A stretch of 64,000 nucleotides of DNA, taken from positions 192,001-256,000 of the forward strand of contig JBILLK010000005.1 in NCBI GenBank assembly GCA_044376115.1. The letters are read 5' to 3'. The notes below the pieces were generated by a model. That model was not told the DNA's origin, did not search any database, and worked only from the letters and a program-made list of their open reading frames with translations. The translations under genes and the position numbers were made by a program. Within the stretch, counting starts at the first letter, position 1. Every line of letters begins with the position of its first letter. This stretch comes from Polyangiaceae bacterium. GTDB lineage: Bacteria > Myxococcota_A > Polyangia > Polyangiales > Polyangiaceae. Shown here piece after piece: positions 7,963-18,133 of the stretch.

Positions 7963-8592
7963 TCAGGCCGAGAGGGCCGCCGCGAGAGCGTCGAGTTTGC
8001 GCCGCTCGGCCTTCAAGTGCGTTGTGCGACGAATCAATTCCTGACGGTCTGTTTCGGTCAGTCGCTGAAATCGCGCCTCCGCGTGGCCTTCGGTGGGCTC
8101 CACACCAGCGACCACCGTGCCACCCTTGGTAAGGCCGTGGGGAATGAATTGTACGAAAGGGTCAGGCGATTGGCGCAACAGGCCAATCAAGCGGTACGCG
8201 TTCTCGACTCCCCCAACGAGCTCAGGGTGAAAGCTGGCGTGAACGAGCTTCTCTGGCGCTGAGGCGCGAACCGATTCGGCCAACTTGTTGCCAAAACGCT
8301 CGAACGGCGAGGAGGAGAGCTGGGATAGCGGGAACACAAGGTGAGCCACGTTGGCGGAGAGGGCCCTCAACGCGGCGGTGGCGGTGGCGACGTCCGGCTG
8401 CGCGTCCAGCACGATACCTACGGCGCCCAAGCCGCTGTCGCGTTGGTGCAGAAACGGACACAAGGCGAAGGAAAGCACCACTTCATCGACGTACCGGGTC
8501 AATAGGTGGTGTACCCCCTCCGCCAGCTCCACCGCCCGGGGATGGGCTGCTGCGGTTCCAAAGAGGTGAAAGCGTTCATTCGGGGAGGCCAC
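7963..8592 (-). CDS. DUF1415-like hypothetical protein
   Basis: YVDEVVLSFALCPF, ASFHP and RQSPDP segments resemble the DUF1415 LCPF/FHP/RSP motifs. Confidence 0.6.
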   Translation of the reverse strand: MASPNERFHLFGTAAAHPRAVELAEGVHHLLTRYVDEVVLSFALCPFLHQRDSGLGAVGIVLDAQPDVATATAALRALSANVAHLVFPLSQLSSSPFERFGNKLAESVRASAPEKLVHASFHPELVGGVENAYRLIGLLRQSPDPFVQFIPHGLTKGGTVVAGVEPTEGHAEARFQRLTETDRQELIRRTTHLKAERRKLDALAAALSA

Positions 8593-8770
8593 GCCCCCTG
8601 TTTTAGCAGGTTGGTTGGATCTTTGACTTTCGTCTCGAAGCCGTCGTGCCTTCTTGTTAGGTTACGCGCGCACCATCGGATTCCCCAACAGGGCTGATGG
8701 CCGTCTCTCGGTTCGTATGGGCACTCCAAGCGAACCCCATGTCTCGAAAATCAATCTCTAAGGAGGCCGT

Positions 8771-10072
8771 GTGCCGCAGCACGCCAAGTTGACGCTAACC
8801 GTCGGTGGAAACGAGCAGTCGATCGACCTTCCCGTCATCGAGGGAACCGAGAAAGAACAGGCCCTAGACGTCGGCGCTCTTCGAGCGAAGACAGGCTACG
8901 TAGCCCTGGATCCGGCCTTCATGAACACGGCCTCGACGACGAGCGCGATCACCTTTCTAGACGGAGAACAAGGGATCCTTCGCTATCGGGGCTACCCGAT
9001 CGAACAGCTGGGTGAAAAGTCCTCCTTCGTCGAGGTCATGTACCTGTTGATCTACGGGTCGCTCCCGACGAAGCCGGAGCTTGAGAAGTTCACCAACACT
9101 CTCACGCGCCACAGCTTGATTCATGAGGACATGAAGCGGTTCTTCGACGGCTATCCGTCGACTGCTCACCCCATGGCAATTCTCAGCAGCATGGTGTGCT
9201 CGCTCTCGAGTTACTACCCGGATGCTTTGGACGTGAAGAACCGCGACGTGCTCGACATCACGATCGCTCGCCTGCTGGCAAAGGTTCCAACAATCGCCGC
9301 CTATTCATACAAGAAGTCGATCGGTCAGCCCTTCGTCTACCCGCAGAATCATCTCGATTACTGCTCCAACTTCTTGAACATGATGTTCTCGGTACCTGCC
9401 GAGCCGTACACGGTCGACCCGGATGTGCGCGCCGCCATGAACCTCCTACTCATTCTGCATGCGGACCATGAGCAGAACTGCTCCACCTCCACGGTCCGTT
9501 TGGTGGGCAGCTCTCAAGCCAACCTGTTCGCCTCCACGGCGGCCGGTATCCTGGCCCTGTGGGGTCCGTTGCACGGCGGAGCAAACCAGGAAGTGGTTGA
9601 GATGCTCGAGTCGATCCACGCCAACGGGGGCGACGTCAATCAGTTCGTCAAGCTGGCCAAAGACAAGAACTCTGGCGTTCGACTCATGGGTTTTGGCCAC
9701 CGCGTTTACAAGAACTTCGACCCGCGGGCGAAGATCATCAAAACCGCATGTGATCGCATCCTCAGCAAGCTTGGTATCAAAGACCCGCTGCTTGAGATCG
9801 CAAAGCGCCTCGAGGAGGCCGCTCTCGAAGACTCCTACTTCGTCGATCGCAAGCTCTACCCGAACGTCGACTTCTACAGTGGCATCATCTACCGCGCGCT
9901 CGGCTTCCCCACCAACATGTTCACGGTGCTCTTCGCGTTGGGCCGGCTCCCGGGCTGGATCGCCCACTGGAAGGAAATGCATGAGAACCCCACCACCAAG
10001 ATCGGCCGTCCGCGGCAGATCTACACGGGGGAATTGAGTCGGGACTACACTTCGTTCGACAAGCGCGGCTAG
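8771..10072 (+). CDS. gltA: citrate synthase (type II)
   Basis: AAGGAGG RBS with GTG start; ILHADHEQNCSTSTVR, GPLHGGAN, GFGHRVYKNFDPR, YPNVDFYSG. Confidence 0.98.
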   Translation: MPQHAKLTLTVGGNEQSIDLPVIEGTEKEQALDVGALRAKTGYVALDPAFMNTASTTSAITFLDGEQGILRYRGYPIEQLGEKSSFVEVMYLLIYGSLPTKPELEKFTNTLTRHSLIHEDMKRFFDGYPSTAHPMAILSSMVCSLSSYYPDALDVKNRDVLDITIARLLAKVPTIAAYSYKKSIGQPFVYPQNHLDYCSNFLNMMFSVPAEPYTVDPDVRAAMNLLLILHADHEQNCSTSTVRLVGSSQANLFASTAAGILALWGPLHGGANQEVVEMLESIHANGGDVNQFVKLAKDKNSGVRLMGFGHRVYKNFDPRAKIIKTACDRILSKLGIKDPLLEIAKRLEEAALEDSYFVDRKLYPNVDFYSGIIYRALGFPTNMFTVLFALGRLPGWIAHWKEMHENPTTKIGRPRQIYTGELSRDYTSFDKRG

Positions 10073-10914
10073 CCGCCAAAACGAACGAGCAACGCAAGCA
10101 AAGCCGCGGCACTCACGAGCAAGAGCGCCGCGGTTCTGCATTTCAGTTCGGCTTGCAAAAGTCGCTGAAGATGCCCCGTTCGTGAGCCGACGCTCACCGC
10201 GCCGCAGTGCACGTCGCGATACCCACCGCGCGGCACGAGTCCGAACGCGATTGCTGGTCCCTGAACCGAAGGCGTCTGTGCAGGAATGAAGACCTCGAAC
10301 CGCTTGTCTGCGGGGACAAACCGCTCACCGTCGAGCCAGCCTTCAGCCGCAGCGGCGACCGTTGCGGCTTTTCGCCGAGCAACCCTGGCGTGAAGTGCTA
10401 CTCCCAACAACGCACACAGCGAGGCCGCGGCTGGTAGCCACTCGGTAACGCGACTCAACAGTGACGGTGCTCGCTCCTGGGTCAGGTACTGCTTGTCCTT
10501 GAGCTTGACTGCACCGCTTTCGGACGTCGCCAGCCTATCGCCCGGCGCGCCCTCTAACACTGTTGTTCCGTCTTCGAAGAGGTACGCTGTTGCCGGGGTG
10601 TGACGCGCTAACGAGGCCCGTACGTGGGGTCGTCCGGGCTGCTTCAGCTCAACCCAGTCAAAGCTTCCGTCCCCACACTCTCTGGTGAGCGAGAGGCTGT
10701 CCGAACTGACCACCCGCGTCCTGCTGAGCCGCCCAGTTGGCGTTGAATGCGTCGCTTGGTCGCAGTTGCCAACGGTGAACTCTTGGGACGGCTTGAGCTT
10801 TGGCTCCTCAGCCGCCACGAACCCAAGCGAACTCCCAGCCAGCCCCACAACGAGGACCAAAGCCCCAAGGGCCGCTCGGCAGAGCTTCAGCCAGTTCAGC
10901 CAGTTGTGGAACAT
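10069..10914 (-). CDS. hypothetical membrane protein
   Basis: 281-aa ORF with three hydrophobic segments, stop overlapping the gltA stop. Confidence 0.6.
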   Translation of the reverse strand: MFHNWLNWLKLCRAALGALVLVVGLAGSSLGFVAAEEPKLKPSQEFTVGNCDQATHSTPTGRLSRTRVVSSDSLSLTRECGDGSFDWVELKQPGRPHVRASLARHTPATAYLFEDGTTVLEGAPGDRLATSESGAVKLKDKQYLTQERAPSLLSRVTEWLPAAASLCALLGVALHARVARRKAATVAAAAEGWLDGERFVPADKRFEVFIPAQTPSVQGPAIAFGLVPRGGYRDVHCGAVSVGSRTGHLQRLLQAELKCRTAALLLVSAAALLALLVRFGG

Positions 10915-10954
10915 CTTGCAGGGACGCTCCTCACCCAGGAAAAGTTCCTACGCC

Positions 10955-11164
10955 TTAATTGATTGCTGCTTGCTCAGCCTCCTCGACTTTATCGAGGGCG
11001 GTCATCATTGCGCGGGTCACGTTCTTTAAGGCCTCTTCCGATAGCCGCAGGCTCACTCCACTTGCGCTCAGGTGCAGATGAACCGTGCCACACGGACACT
11101 GGGTGATTTTGGCGGCGTCGTTTGAGGCGAGCTGGTTGTGCCGGCCGCAGGGTTTGCGTTCCAT
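10955..11164 (-). CDS. small Cys/His-containing hypothetical protein
   Basis: C..H...QCPCGTVHLH motif; TAGTCT 6 nt before the ATG. Confidence 0.65.
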   Translation of the reverse strand: MERKPCGRHNQLASNDAAKITQCPCGTVHLHLSASGVSLRLSEEALKNVTRAMMTALDKVEEAEQAAIN

Positions 11165-11249
11165 TGGCACAGACTACAACTCGAACCTTCTTTGGGCCAT
11201 GACGACCCACAAAGCCTCTCGAAGGAGTTAGCCTTGGGCGAGGCGGACC

Positions 11250-14200
11250 ATGGGAAAAGTAACTGCAGTAAAGATGGACGTGATCACTGAAAAGAGTGGT
11301 CACAGTGTTACTCCCATGGCGGTGAGCGTGTGCATCACGCCGGCCGCTCCAAGTCCGTTACCCATTCCGTACCCAGTCGTTGCCTCGAGCATCGAAGGGA
11401 TCACCGATGCCGCGATGCGAACCCGCGTTGAGGGAAGCCCGTGGGCGACGACGGGCTCGGTACTCAAGACCTGCCACGGTAACGAGCCAGGCACTTTGAA
11501 AGAGGTAGTGAGTCTCAACACGGCGGGGCCTGTCGCCATTATCGTGGGCGCGCCTATCGTCCTCGTTGAACTCGGAATGGCCGGCATCACCGGCAGCATC
11601 TGCGTATCCAACAAGGCGATCACGGTTGGAACCAATGGTGCTGCTAGCGGAGCGGGTGGTGCCAGTGGCGGTAGTGGAGCTGGTGGTGGTGGTGGTTCCG
11701 GTGGCGATGGCCCGGGCGGACCATCCGGCCCGTCGAATGGCGGTGGAGGTGGCGGAGGGTCCAACTCCGGCGCTGGCGGCGCTGGCGCGGGACCAGGTGC
11801 ACGCGCGACTGGTAACCCCCAGGCGCCAGGGACTTCATCCGGGCCAGCCGAGCAGCACACGTGTCAAGGCGGCCATCCGGTTGACCTGGTCACTGGGGCC
11901 GTCGTCGATAGCGCCACCGACATCGATCTGCCGGGCTGCATTCCGCTTCGTTTCAAGCGCTCGTACTCCTCGCTACGCTTTCGCGAACGTGGCGCTTCGC
12001 TCGGTGCAGGTTGGGCGCATCCGTTCGACGAGAGCGTCGCACTCGGGCCGAAGTCGATCGTCTTTCGACATGCTGAAGGCCGAGAGATTTACTTCGAGAC
12101 GGTTACCGTTGGCGCATCAACCTTCCATCGTCGTGAACGACTGACGCTGACGCGGCAGGGGACTTTTGACTTCACGATCCGTGATCATCAAGCCCGGGTT
12201 ACGAAGGTTTTTCGACCGCTGACGGCGGAGGGCGTTGCGGTCTTGCGCTCTACCTCCGATGGCTACGGCAACAGCATTGAGTTCGATTACGAGGACGGAC
12301 GTCTAGCCCGCGTGCGCGACACGGCAGGGCGGCAGGTGCTCGTTCGTTGGCGCAGCTCGCGCATCGTTCGTCTCGAGGTCGTGGTTGGAAGCTCCCCGGA
12401 GCTTTGGGTTGACTATGAGTACGACGAGCAAGGGCGGCTCACCGGCGTCTTGGACGCGCTCGGCCACGGCGAAGAGTTCGAATACGACGGCTTCGGTCGG
12501 ATGACGTCGACCACCACCAAGGCTGGTGTTCGCTTCAGCTACGTATACGACGCAGATAGCGGGCGCTGCGTCCAGACAGGAGGCCCGAACGGGCTGTACG
12601 CGCTCGAACTCGAATACGACCAGGTCAATCGACGCACCATTGTGTATGGCGAAGAGAATCGGGTGGTCGAGTGGTCGGAGCTTCCTGGCTTTGCCCGTCG
12701 CACGCTGCTTCATGATGGGCGGGTGCTCGACGAGAGTGCGTGGGACCCCGACGGATACCGGGTGGCGGTGGTCAACGGCGCTGGGGAAGGCACCCAACAT
12801 TGGTTTGACGCCTTTGGGAACGAGACGCGTCAGGTCGATGCGATGGGTCAGGCCACGCTCTGGGAGTACGACGCCGACGGTAACGTCGTACGTCGAGTCG
12901 ATGCTGACGGCGGACAAACTTCGTTCGCTCACGACCGTGCAGGCGGGCTCATCGGGATTCGTCACTCATACGGTAAGTTCTTCAACTTCACGCGCGATGA
13001 ACGCGGCCGCCTTGCGCAGATTGTCGATGAAGGCGGCCCGGTCAGGACCTTTGAGTACGACTCCCAGCACAATGTGATCGCCGAGGTGGATGCGCGAGGA
13101 TCTCGCACCGCCTTCAGCTTTGACGCGCTCGGGCGCGTGCTTACGCAAACGGACAGTCTGCAGCGGACCAGCGCAGTGACACGCGACCGGCTCGGTCGAC
13201 CGCTCGTCGTGAGGCGGCCGGGAGGTGCAACCGTACAACGGACCTTCGATCCCAACGGGAACATCCTCCGCCAGGTCAATGAAGACGGCGCCGTGATTGA
13301 GATGAGCTGGTTCGGCATGGGCAAGCTGGCCCGCCTCATTGATCCGGAGGGCCGTTCTTGGCGGCTCGACTACACTTCGCAAGAGCGTCTCGCAAAGGTT
13401 ACGAACCCTGCCGGCCAGACCTACTCCTACCGCTACGATGAAGCCGGTCACGTCGCTGAGACCATCACCTTCGACGAACGCAGGCTCTGTTACAAGCGAG
13501 ACGCCGCCGGTCGTGTGCAGCGTCTCGAGCTGCCAGACGGTACGCATCTCGACTTCGAGTACGATCGCAATGGTCGCCTTCTAAAGGAAGTCGCGAGCGA
13601 CGGCAGCGCAACGTCCTTCCGTCGCGACATGCAGGGGCGCGTCGTTGAGGCCACGCTCGCGGAGTCGGAGTACAAGCACACCACGTTTCTCGAGCGCGAT
13701 GAACGCGGCCGCATCGTGGTCGAGCGGCAAGGGGATCGCTTGCTGCGCTTCGCCTACGATCTCGACGGTCGCGTGATCGAACGCACGCTGTTCGACGGCA
13801 CCAAGACCAGCTTCAGTTACGACCGCGAGAGCTTCCTTACGCGCGTCGAGCATGCGGGCCGGAGCTTCTCGTTTGAGCGAGACGCGCTCGGGCGGGAGAC
13901 GGCGCTCCGTGAAGGTCGAGGAGTGTTCTCGCTGCAGCACCGCTATGACGATCTTGATCGACTGATCGAGCAGCGAGCGGAGGGGGTTGCGGCGGCAGAC
14001 GGCGTGCCGGCAGTGCTTGCCCAGCGGCTCTACAAGTACGACGTCGGCGGCCGCGTTTCTACGATCGACGACGGCACTTGGGGCAAGTCGACCTTTGCCT
14101 ACGACGCTGCGGGGCGGCTCGTCGGATCCACGGTTGGCGAATACCGCCAAGCGTTTCTCTACGATCCGGCAGGCGCTCTCGTTGGCGCGTTGCGAGAGTT

Positions 14201-15314
14201 AGGCGCCTCTGGTCGCCCGACAAAGTGGAAGACGTCAGCAGGCAATCGCCTGCTCGAGACCGACAGCAAGACGTATCAATACGATAAGCGCGGCCGCCGA
14301 CTCTTCGCGCGTGAAAAGAAGACCGCGCAAATAGCGGACTACGTTTGGGATATTCGCGACCGTCTCCGCGAGCTCAAGCTGAGCGACGGCTCGCGTGTCG
14401 TGATGTCTTACGATGCCTTTGGCCGACGTGTCCGCAAAGATGTCGTACGCGGAAGCAAGACCGATTCGACCGAGTTCCTCCATCACGGCAACTTCTTGTG
14501 TGCCGACCTTCAGGTTGAGCGAGGCGTGCGGAGCTTCGTTCATCACCCGCACAGCGATGCCCCACTCCTCCACTGCGAACGAAAGGAAGTATTCCTCGTC
14601 GTAACGGACCAGCTCGGCGTTCCGAAGGAGCTCATTGATGCGGGTGGCCACGTAGCTTGGTCCGCTCGACATGATGCTTGGGGCCGGGTGTTGCGGGAGA
14701 AGTGGGATCCCACCGGAGAAAAGAGTCGCGGCTATCGCGTAAGTTCGCCGTTCCGTCTGCTTGGGCAGTACGCCGATGAGGAGACCGGTCTCTGCAGCAC
14801 ACGCTTCCGCTTTTTCGATCCAGAGGTTGGGCGTTGGTGCAGCGCGGATCCTCTCGGCTTGTCAGGCGGAACGGATCTCCACGGTTTCGACGGCACGCCA
14901 ACGGTCCACGTCGATCCACTTGGCCTCAGCGCCACTGGAGCGCCACATGGTACCCCGCCAGTGGCGACGCCCTACGGTCCAGCGGAGCAAGGCACCTCGG
15001 CCGAAGCGCTCGCCGCGCGTCAACGAGTAGAGGGCGGAGCTACCCTCTACCGTATGGGGACGATGGGCCGCAGCGCAGGACCAGAGGGGCAGTTCTGGGC
15101 CCTCGAGCACCCTCATTCGCCTGGCTACGCGGCGCGCTACGGCATCCCTCAAGAAAACATCGACAGAGCCGACTTCATCGAAACCGCAACGGTTCGCCCC
15201 GGAACACCCTTCGTGACGCGCCAGGCTCCTCCAGTGGGCGCCAACCCCGGAGGTGGTATCGAGGTCGTCACACCCGAACATGGAACTAGGATGCAGGCCT
15301 TCAACGTTTTGTGA
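11250..15314 (+). CDS. PAAR-like (DUF4150) Rhs polymorphic toxin with C-terminal toxin tip
   Basis: N-terminal VCITPAAPSPLPIPYP; Gly linker; GHPVDLVTG (DUF6531-type); many YD repeats; core PFRLLGQYADEETGL...RFFDPEVGRW..ADPLGL...DPLGL. Confidence 0.95.
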   Translation: MGKVTAVKMDVITEKSGHSVTPMAVSVCITPAAPSPLPIPYPVVASSIEGITDAAMRTRVEGSPWATTGSVLKTCHGNEPGTLKEVVSLNTAGPVAIIVGAPIVLVELGMAGITGSICVSNKAITVGTNGAASGAGGASGGSGAGGGGGSGGDGPGGPSGPSNGGGGGGGSNSGAGGAGAGPGARATGNPQAPGTSSGPAEQHTCQGGHPVDLVTGAVVDSATDIDLPGCIPLRFKRSYSSLRFRERGASLGAGWAHPFDESVALGPKSIVFRHAEGREIYFETVTVGASTFHRRERLTLTRQGTFDFTIRDHQARVTKVFRPLTAEGVAVLRSTSDGYGNSIEFDYEDGRLARVRDTAGRQVLVRWRSSRIVRLEVVVGSSPELWVDYEYDEQGRLTGVLDALGHGEEFEYDGFGRMTSTTTKAGVRFSYVYDADSGRCVQTGGPNGLYALELEYDQVNRRTIVYGEENRVVEWSELPGFARRTLLHDGRVLDESAWDPDGYRVAVVNGAGEGTQHWFDAFGNETRQVDAMGQATLWEYDADGNVVRRVDADGGQTSFAHDRAGGLIGIRHSYGKFFNFTRDERGRLAQIVDEGGPVRTFEYDSQHNVIAEVDARGSRTAFSFDALGRVLTQTDSLQRTSAVTRDRLGRPLVVRRPGGATVQRTFDPNGNILRQVNEDGAVIEMSWFGMGKLARLIDPEGRSWRLDYTSQERLAKVTNPAGQTYSYRYDEAGHVAETITFDERRLCYKRDAAGRVQRLELPDGTHLDFEYDRNGRLLKEVASDGSATSFRRDMQGRVVEATLAESEYKHTTFLERDERGRIVVERQGDRLLRFAYDLDGRVIERTLFDGTKTSFSYDRESFLTRVEHAGRSFSFERDALGRETALREGRGVFSLQHRYDDLDRLIEQRAEGVAAADGVPAVLAQRLYKYDVGGRVSTIDDGTWGKSTFAYDAAGRLVGSTVGEYRQAFLYDPAGALVGALRELGASGRPTKWKTSAGNRLLETDSKTYQYDKRGRRLFAREKKTAQIADYVWDIRDRLRELKLSDGSRVVMSYDAFGRRVRKDVVRGSKTDSTEFLHHGNFLCADLQVERGVRSFVHHPHSDAPLLHCERKEVFLVVTDQLGVPKELIDAGGHVAWSARHDAWGRVLREKWDPTGEKSRGYRVSSPFRLLGQYADEETGLCSTRFRFFDPEVGRWCSADPLGLSGGTDLHGFDGTPTVHVDPLGLSATGAPHGTPPVATPYGPAEQGTSAEALAARQRVEGGATLYRMGTMGRSAGPEGQFWALEHPHSPGYAARYGIPQENIDRADFIETATVRPGTPFVTRQAPPVGANPGGGIEVVTPEHGTRMQAFNVL

Positions 15315-15321
15315 GGGAACC

Positions 15322-15561
15322 GTGGCCAGAGATTACGCACTCGAAGGTAAACAGTTCGCTGATGCACTTGATAAGGAAGGCCTTACAGCAGAGGCCGCCC
15401 AAGTGCGCGACGTCATCGACTTTGCCTCCACAGGAGGCGAACTGCTGATGGGCCTTCGCTTTCGGTTGTCGGAGCTGCAGAAGGTAACGGCGTTGACGTC
15501 AACCCTTAAGGCTCGAGCTTTGGATCTCCAGACGGCGATCCAGGCTGCGCTGGCTGGTTGA
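15322..15561 (+). CDS. putative cognate immunity protein (79 aa, helical)
   Basis: GTG 7 nt after the Rhs stop, preceded by GAGGG; ASTGGELLMGLRF helix-turn. Confidence 0.7.
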   Translation: MARDYALEGKQFADALDKEGLTAEAAQVRDVIDFASTGGELLMGLRFRLSELQKVTALTSTLKARALDLQTAIQAALAG

Positions 15562-15576
15562 CCGACTCGCCAGACC

Positions 15577-15981
15577 ATGCGCTCTTTTGCCACTATCGTC
15601 TTGGTGCTTCACGCGCTCACCGAACTCTCTGTCGCCGTTCTCATGGGTTTTACGCCGAGTGTCTTCTTCCCCACGGGAGGGCTCGAGTTGCACGAGTTGG
15701 CTCGCTCGTTTGGTGTCGGTGCGGGCGCTGTTGGCGTGCTTTCGGTCCTGTTGCTGAAGTGGCGAGACGGCGATGCGGGGTTGATTGGGTTCCTCACGCT
15801 GGCCAGCTATCAGGCCGGCATTTGGGTCAATCAGCTGCGTTACCCGATGGCCTCAGTGCCAGCTTGGGTGCCGCCGCTCTTTCATGGATGCTTCGTGCTG
15901 GCATTCCTATGGCTCGCAGTAAGCGCCCGGGCCGCGCGGAGGGTCGCTTCTCGACCAGAAAATCGGCAGAGCTTCAGCTAG
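15577..15981 (+). CDS. small 4-TM membrane protein
   Basis: Four hydrophobic segments in 134 aa. Confidence 0.7.
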   Translation: MRSFATIVLVLHALTELSVAVLMGFTPSVFFPTGGLELHELARSFGVGAGAVGVLSVLLLKWRDGDAGLIGFLTLASYQAGIWVNQLRYPMASVPAWVPPLFHGCFVLAFLWLAVSARAARRVASRPENRQSFS

Positions 15982-15993
15982 CATGCACCTCAC

Positions 15994-18048
15994 GTGTCCT
16001 CCATAGCTCCACCTTCCGGCGGTGATGAACTCGAAGCGCTTCTCGGGAGCGAGCTCTCGTCGGAGACCGCTCCTGGAGTGAAGTACCGCATCCTTTCGCG
16101 CGTCGGAGAGGGTGCGATGGGGGTGGCATTTTACGCGATGCGTCTCGCGCCGGAAGGGGAGTGCGGCGTCGTCGTCAAGATCCTTCGGCCTTGGTTCGTC
16201 GCCCAGTGGGGTAAGACGGCTGAGCTGATCGTTCAGAAAGAGGCTGTCGCCCTCGGCCGCTTGAACGAGCGCGTTCCGCCAACTCCCTTCGTCGTTCGTT
16301 TGATTGACACTGGTGCGGTGGCCCTTCGATCGCGCGGGGTTGAGGTGCGCGTCCCTTGGTTGGTGGTGGAATACGTTCACGGTGGCATCGAGGGGACGAC
16401 GCTGAGTCAACGGGTGGTTCACGCCATCCGAACCACTGGACATGCTTTCGACGCCCAGCGTGGAGCGAACTTGGTTGAGGCGCTTGGTCAGGGCCTCTCC
16501 ACCGTTCATGAAGTCGGCGTGATCCATCGCGATATCAAGCCCGACAACGTCCTCTGTTGCGGCTTCGGAAGCGACGAGATCTTCAAGATCGCCGACTTCG
16601 GTGTGGCGCGTCCAGTGGGCGTCGCTGCGACCTTTGGCGGGTTCATCGTCGGCACGCTTGGCTACGCGGCACCTGAACTCGCAACGATGGACGCCAAAGC
16701 TGTAGGCGCCTGGAGTGACGTCTTCAGCATGGCTGGCGTAATCTACTTTGTGCTTACCGGCGCCGAATACTTCGATGTGAAGTCGCCATCCGAGGCGTTG
16801 ATGGCCGCGCTTTCGAATCAGCGCCGCAGTATCCGGGAGTCGCCCTGGCTCGCGCCCGAACTGCGGGCCAACGCCGAGGCCTGCAAAGCGATTGACTACG
16901 CGCTCGCCTGCGGCACCTCCGGAAAAACGGAGCTGAGGCCCATGCGCGCGGATGCGCTTGCGATGATGATCGCTCCTTGGCTTCGCTCCGAGGTTCCGCG
17001 GCTATCGATCGTAAACAAGCGGAGGGCGCATCTCGAGGAGTCCGAAGACACGACTCAACTACTGGCATGGACCTGGACCCCACTTCGCTACCCGGGAACT
17101 TTTGGCAAGGTCATCCGCGACGTTGCTTGGGACGGTGACGGCAAGTGCATGGCCGCCACCAATGCAGGGCTAGCTTTTTGGGACGGCTCACACTGGAAGG
17201 ATGTCGCGCACGACGGCATCGCAGACCCAACCTCCATTCGCTTCGTCCGCCGCGTGGCGCCCGGTCAGTGGCTCGTAGGTGGTGACGAGGCAACGTTCGC
17301 CCTCTACTCGAGTGAAGGCCCGCGTGAAGTGCGCCGCTTCTCGGGGGGCAATATTCGCTACGAACTCCTATCAGGGAACATCGACGACCTGGCGGTTCTC
17401 GTTGGCACTGCGCCGAATCAGCCCCCGACCCTTTGCTGTTTGACGGCAAAACGTTGGCTCAAGCCACTTCCCGTTCCAGACGCTGCATCGATCTCAAAGC
17501 TCGCCCGCGTTGCCGACTCAAAATGGATGGTGGTAGGCCGAGCGAGAGATGGCGGCGCTTATGCAGCCATTTACCGTCCGCTCGATTGGAGCCTAGAGCG
17601 TATTGATACCCCATTAGTGCGGGCCTTCCTGGCCTGTGACGGTGAAGACTCAGCCAATACCGCAGTAGGCGTTGGCGCCAGTGGCGCTGTCGTATGGGTC
17701 TACCCCAGCGGTGTCCGCCATGAGTTCGTCGAGGGCAAACCTGACCTGTCATCGGTCTCCATTGATGCTTCAAGTCGAGGCTGGTGCGCGAGCGCAGGCC
17801 GCATATGGATGCACCACCGCACCGCACACGCCACCGGGATGTCCGCTCCCCCAATTGGAAGGTGGGACATCATGTGGGCGGATGATTCGTGGACGGCGCC
17901 GATCGTGGCGCTCTTCACTGAACCAGGCTTGGTCGTTGGTATGACGGCAGATGGTGGCATTATCGAGGGCCGAACGGCTGCTGCTGGAAGGCCGTCCAAT
18001 CGCGCTCCTACTGACTCGATGTTGCGCCGAGCGGGAAGAGGATTGTAA
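15994..18048 (+). CDS. Hanks-type Ser/Thr protein kinase with C-terminal beta-propeller-like domain
   Basis: GEGAMG, VVKIL, HRDIKPDN, DFG, GTLGYAAPE; C-terminal Trp/Asp/Gly beta-strand repeats. Confidence 0.93.
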   Translation: MSSIAPPSGGDELEALLGSELSSETAPGVKYRILSRVGEGAMGVAFYAMRLAPEGECGVVVKILRPWFVAQWGKTAELIVQKEAVALGRLNERVPPTPFVVRLIDTGAVALRSRGVEVRVPWLVVEYVHGGIEGTTLSQRVVHAIRTTGHAFDAQRGANLVEALGQGLSTVHEVGVIHRDIKPDNVLCCGFGSDEIFKIADFGVARPVGVAATFGGFIVGTLGYAAPELATMDAKAVGAWSDVFSMAGVIYFVLTGAEYFDVKSPSEALMAALSNQRRSIRESPWLAPELRANAEACKAIDYALACGTSGKTELRPMRADALAMMIAPWLRSEVPRLSIVNKRRAHLEESEDTTQLLAWTWTPLRYPGTFGKVIRDVAWDGDGKCMAATNAGLAFWDGSHWKDVAHDGIADPTSIRFVRRVAPGQWLVGGDEATFALYSSEGPREVRRFSGGNIRYELLSGNIDDLAVLVGTAPNQPPTLCCLTAKRWLKPLPVPDAASISKLARVADSKWMVVGRARDGGAYAAIYRPLDWSLERIDTPLVRAFLACDGEDSANTAVGVGASGAVVWVYPSGVRHEFVEGKPDLSSVSIDASSRGWCASAGRIWMHHRTAHATGMSAPPIGRWDIMWADDSWTAPIVALFTEPGLVVGMTADGGIIEGRTAAAGRPSNRAPTDSMLRRAGRGL

Positions 18049-18133
18049 AGCGCTCTGCGCTTATTCTCGGAATCATTCAAGATTGCTTCCACTGCGCCGT
18101 TTCGCTTATTGCATTCGTTAGAAGGAGGCCGCT

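Noticed and set aside
11630..11830. Gly-rich GGC/GGT runs in Rhs and the lipoproteins as DNA repeats
   Set aside because: Explained by low-complexity protein linkers
14960..15150. PYGP and RYGIP in the Rhs tip, and VYGP/EYGP in the 59069 lipoprotein, as extra splicease sites
   Set aside because: YG dipeptides are common; these lack the repeated YGVP context, the leader and linkage to the enzyme
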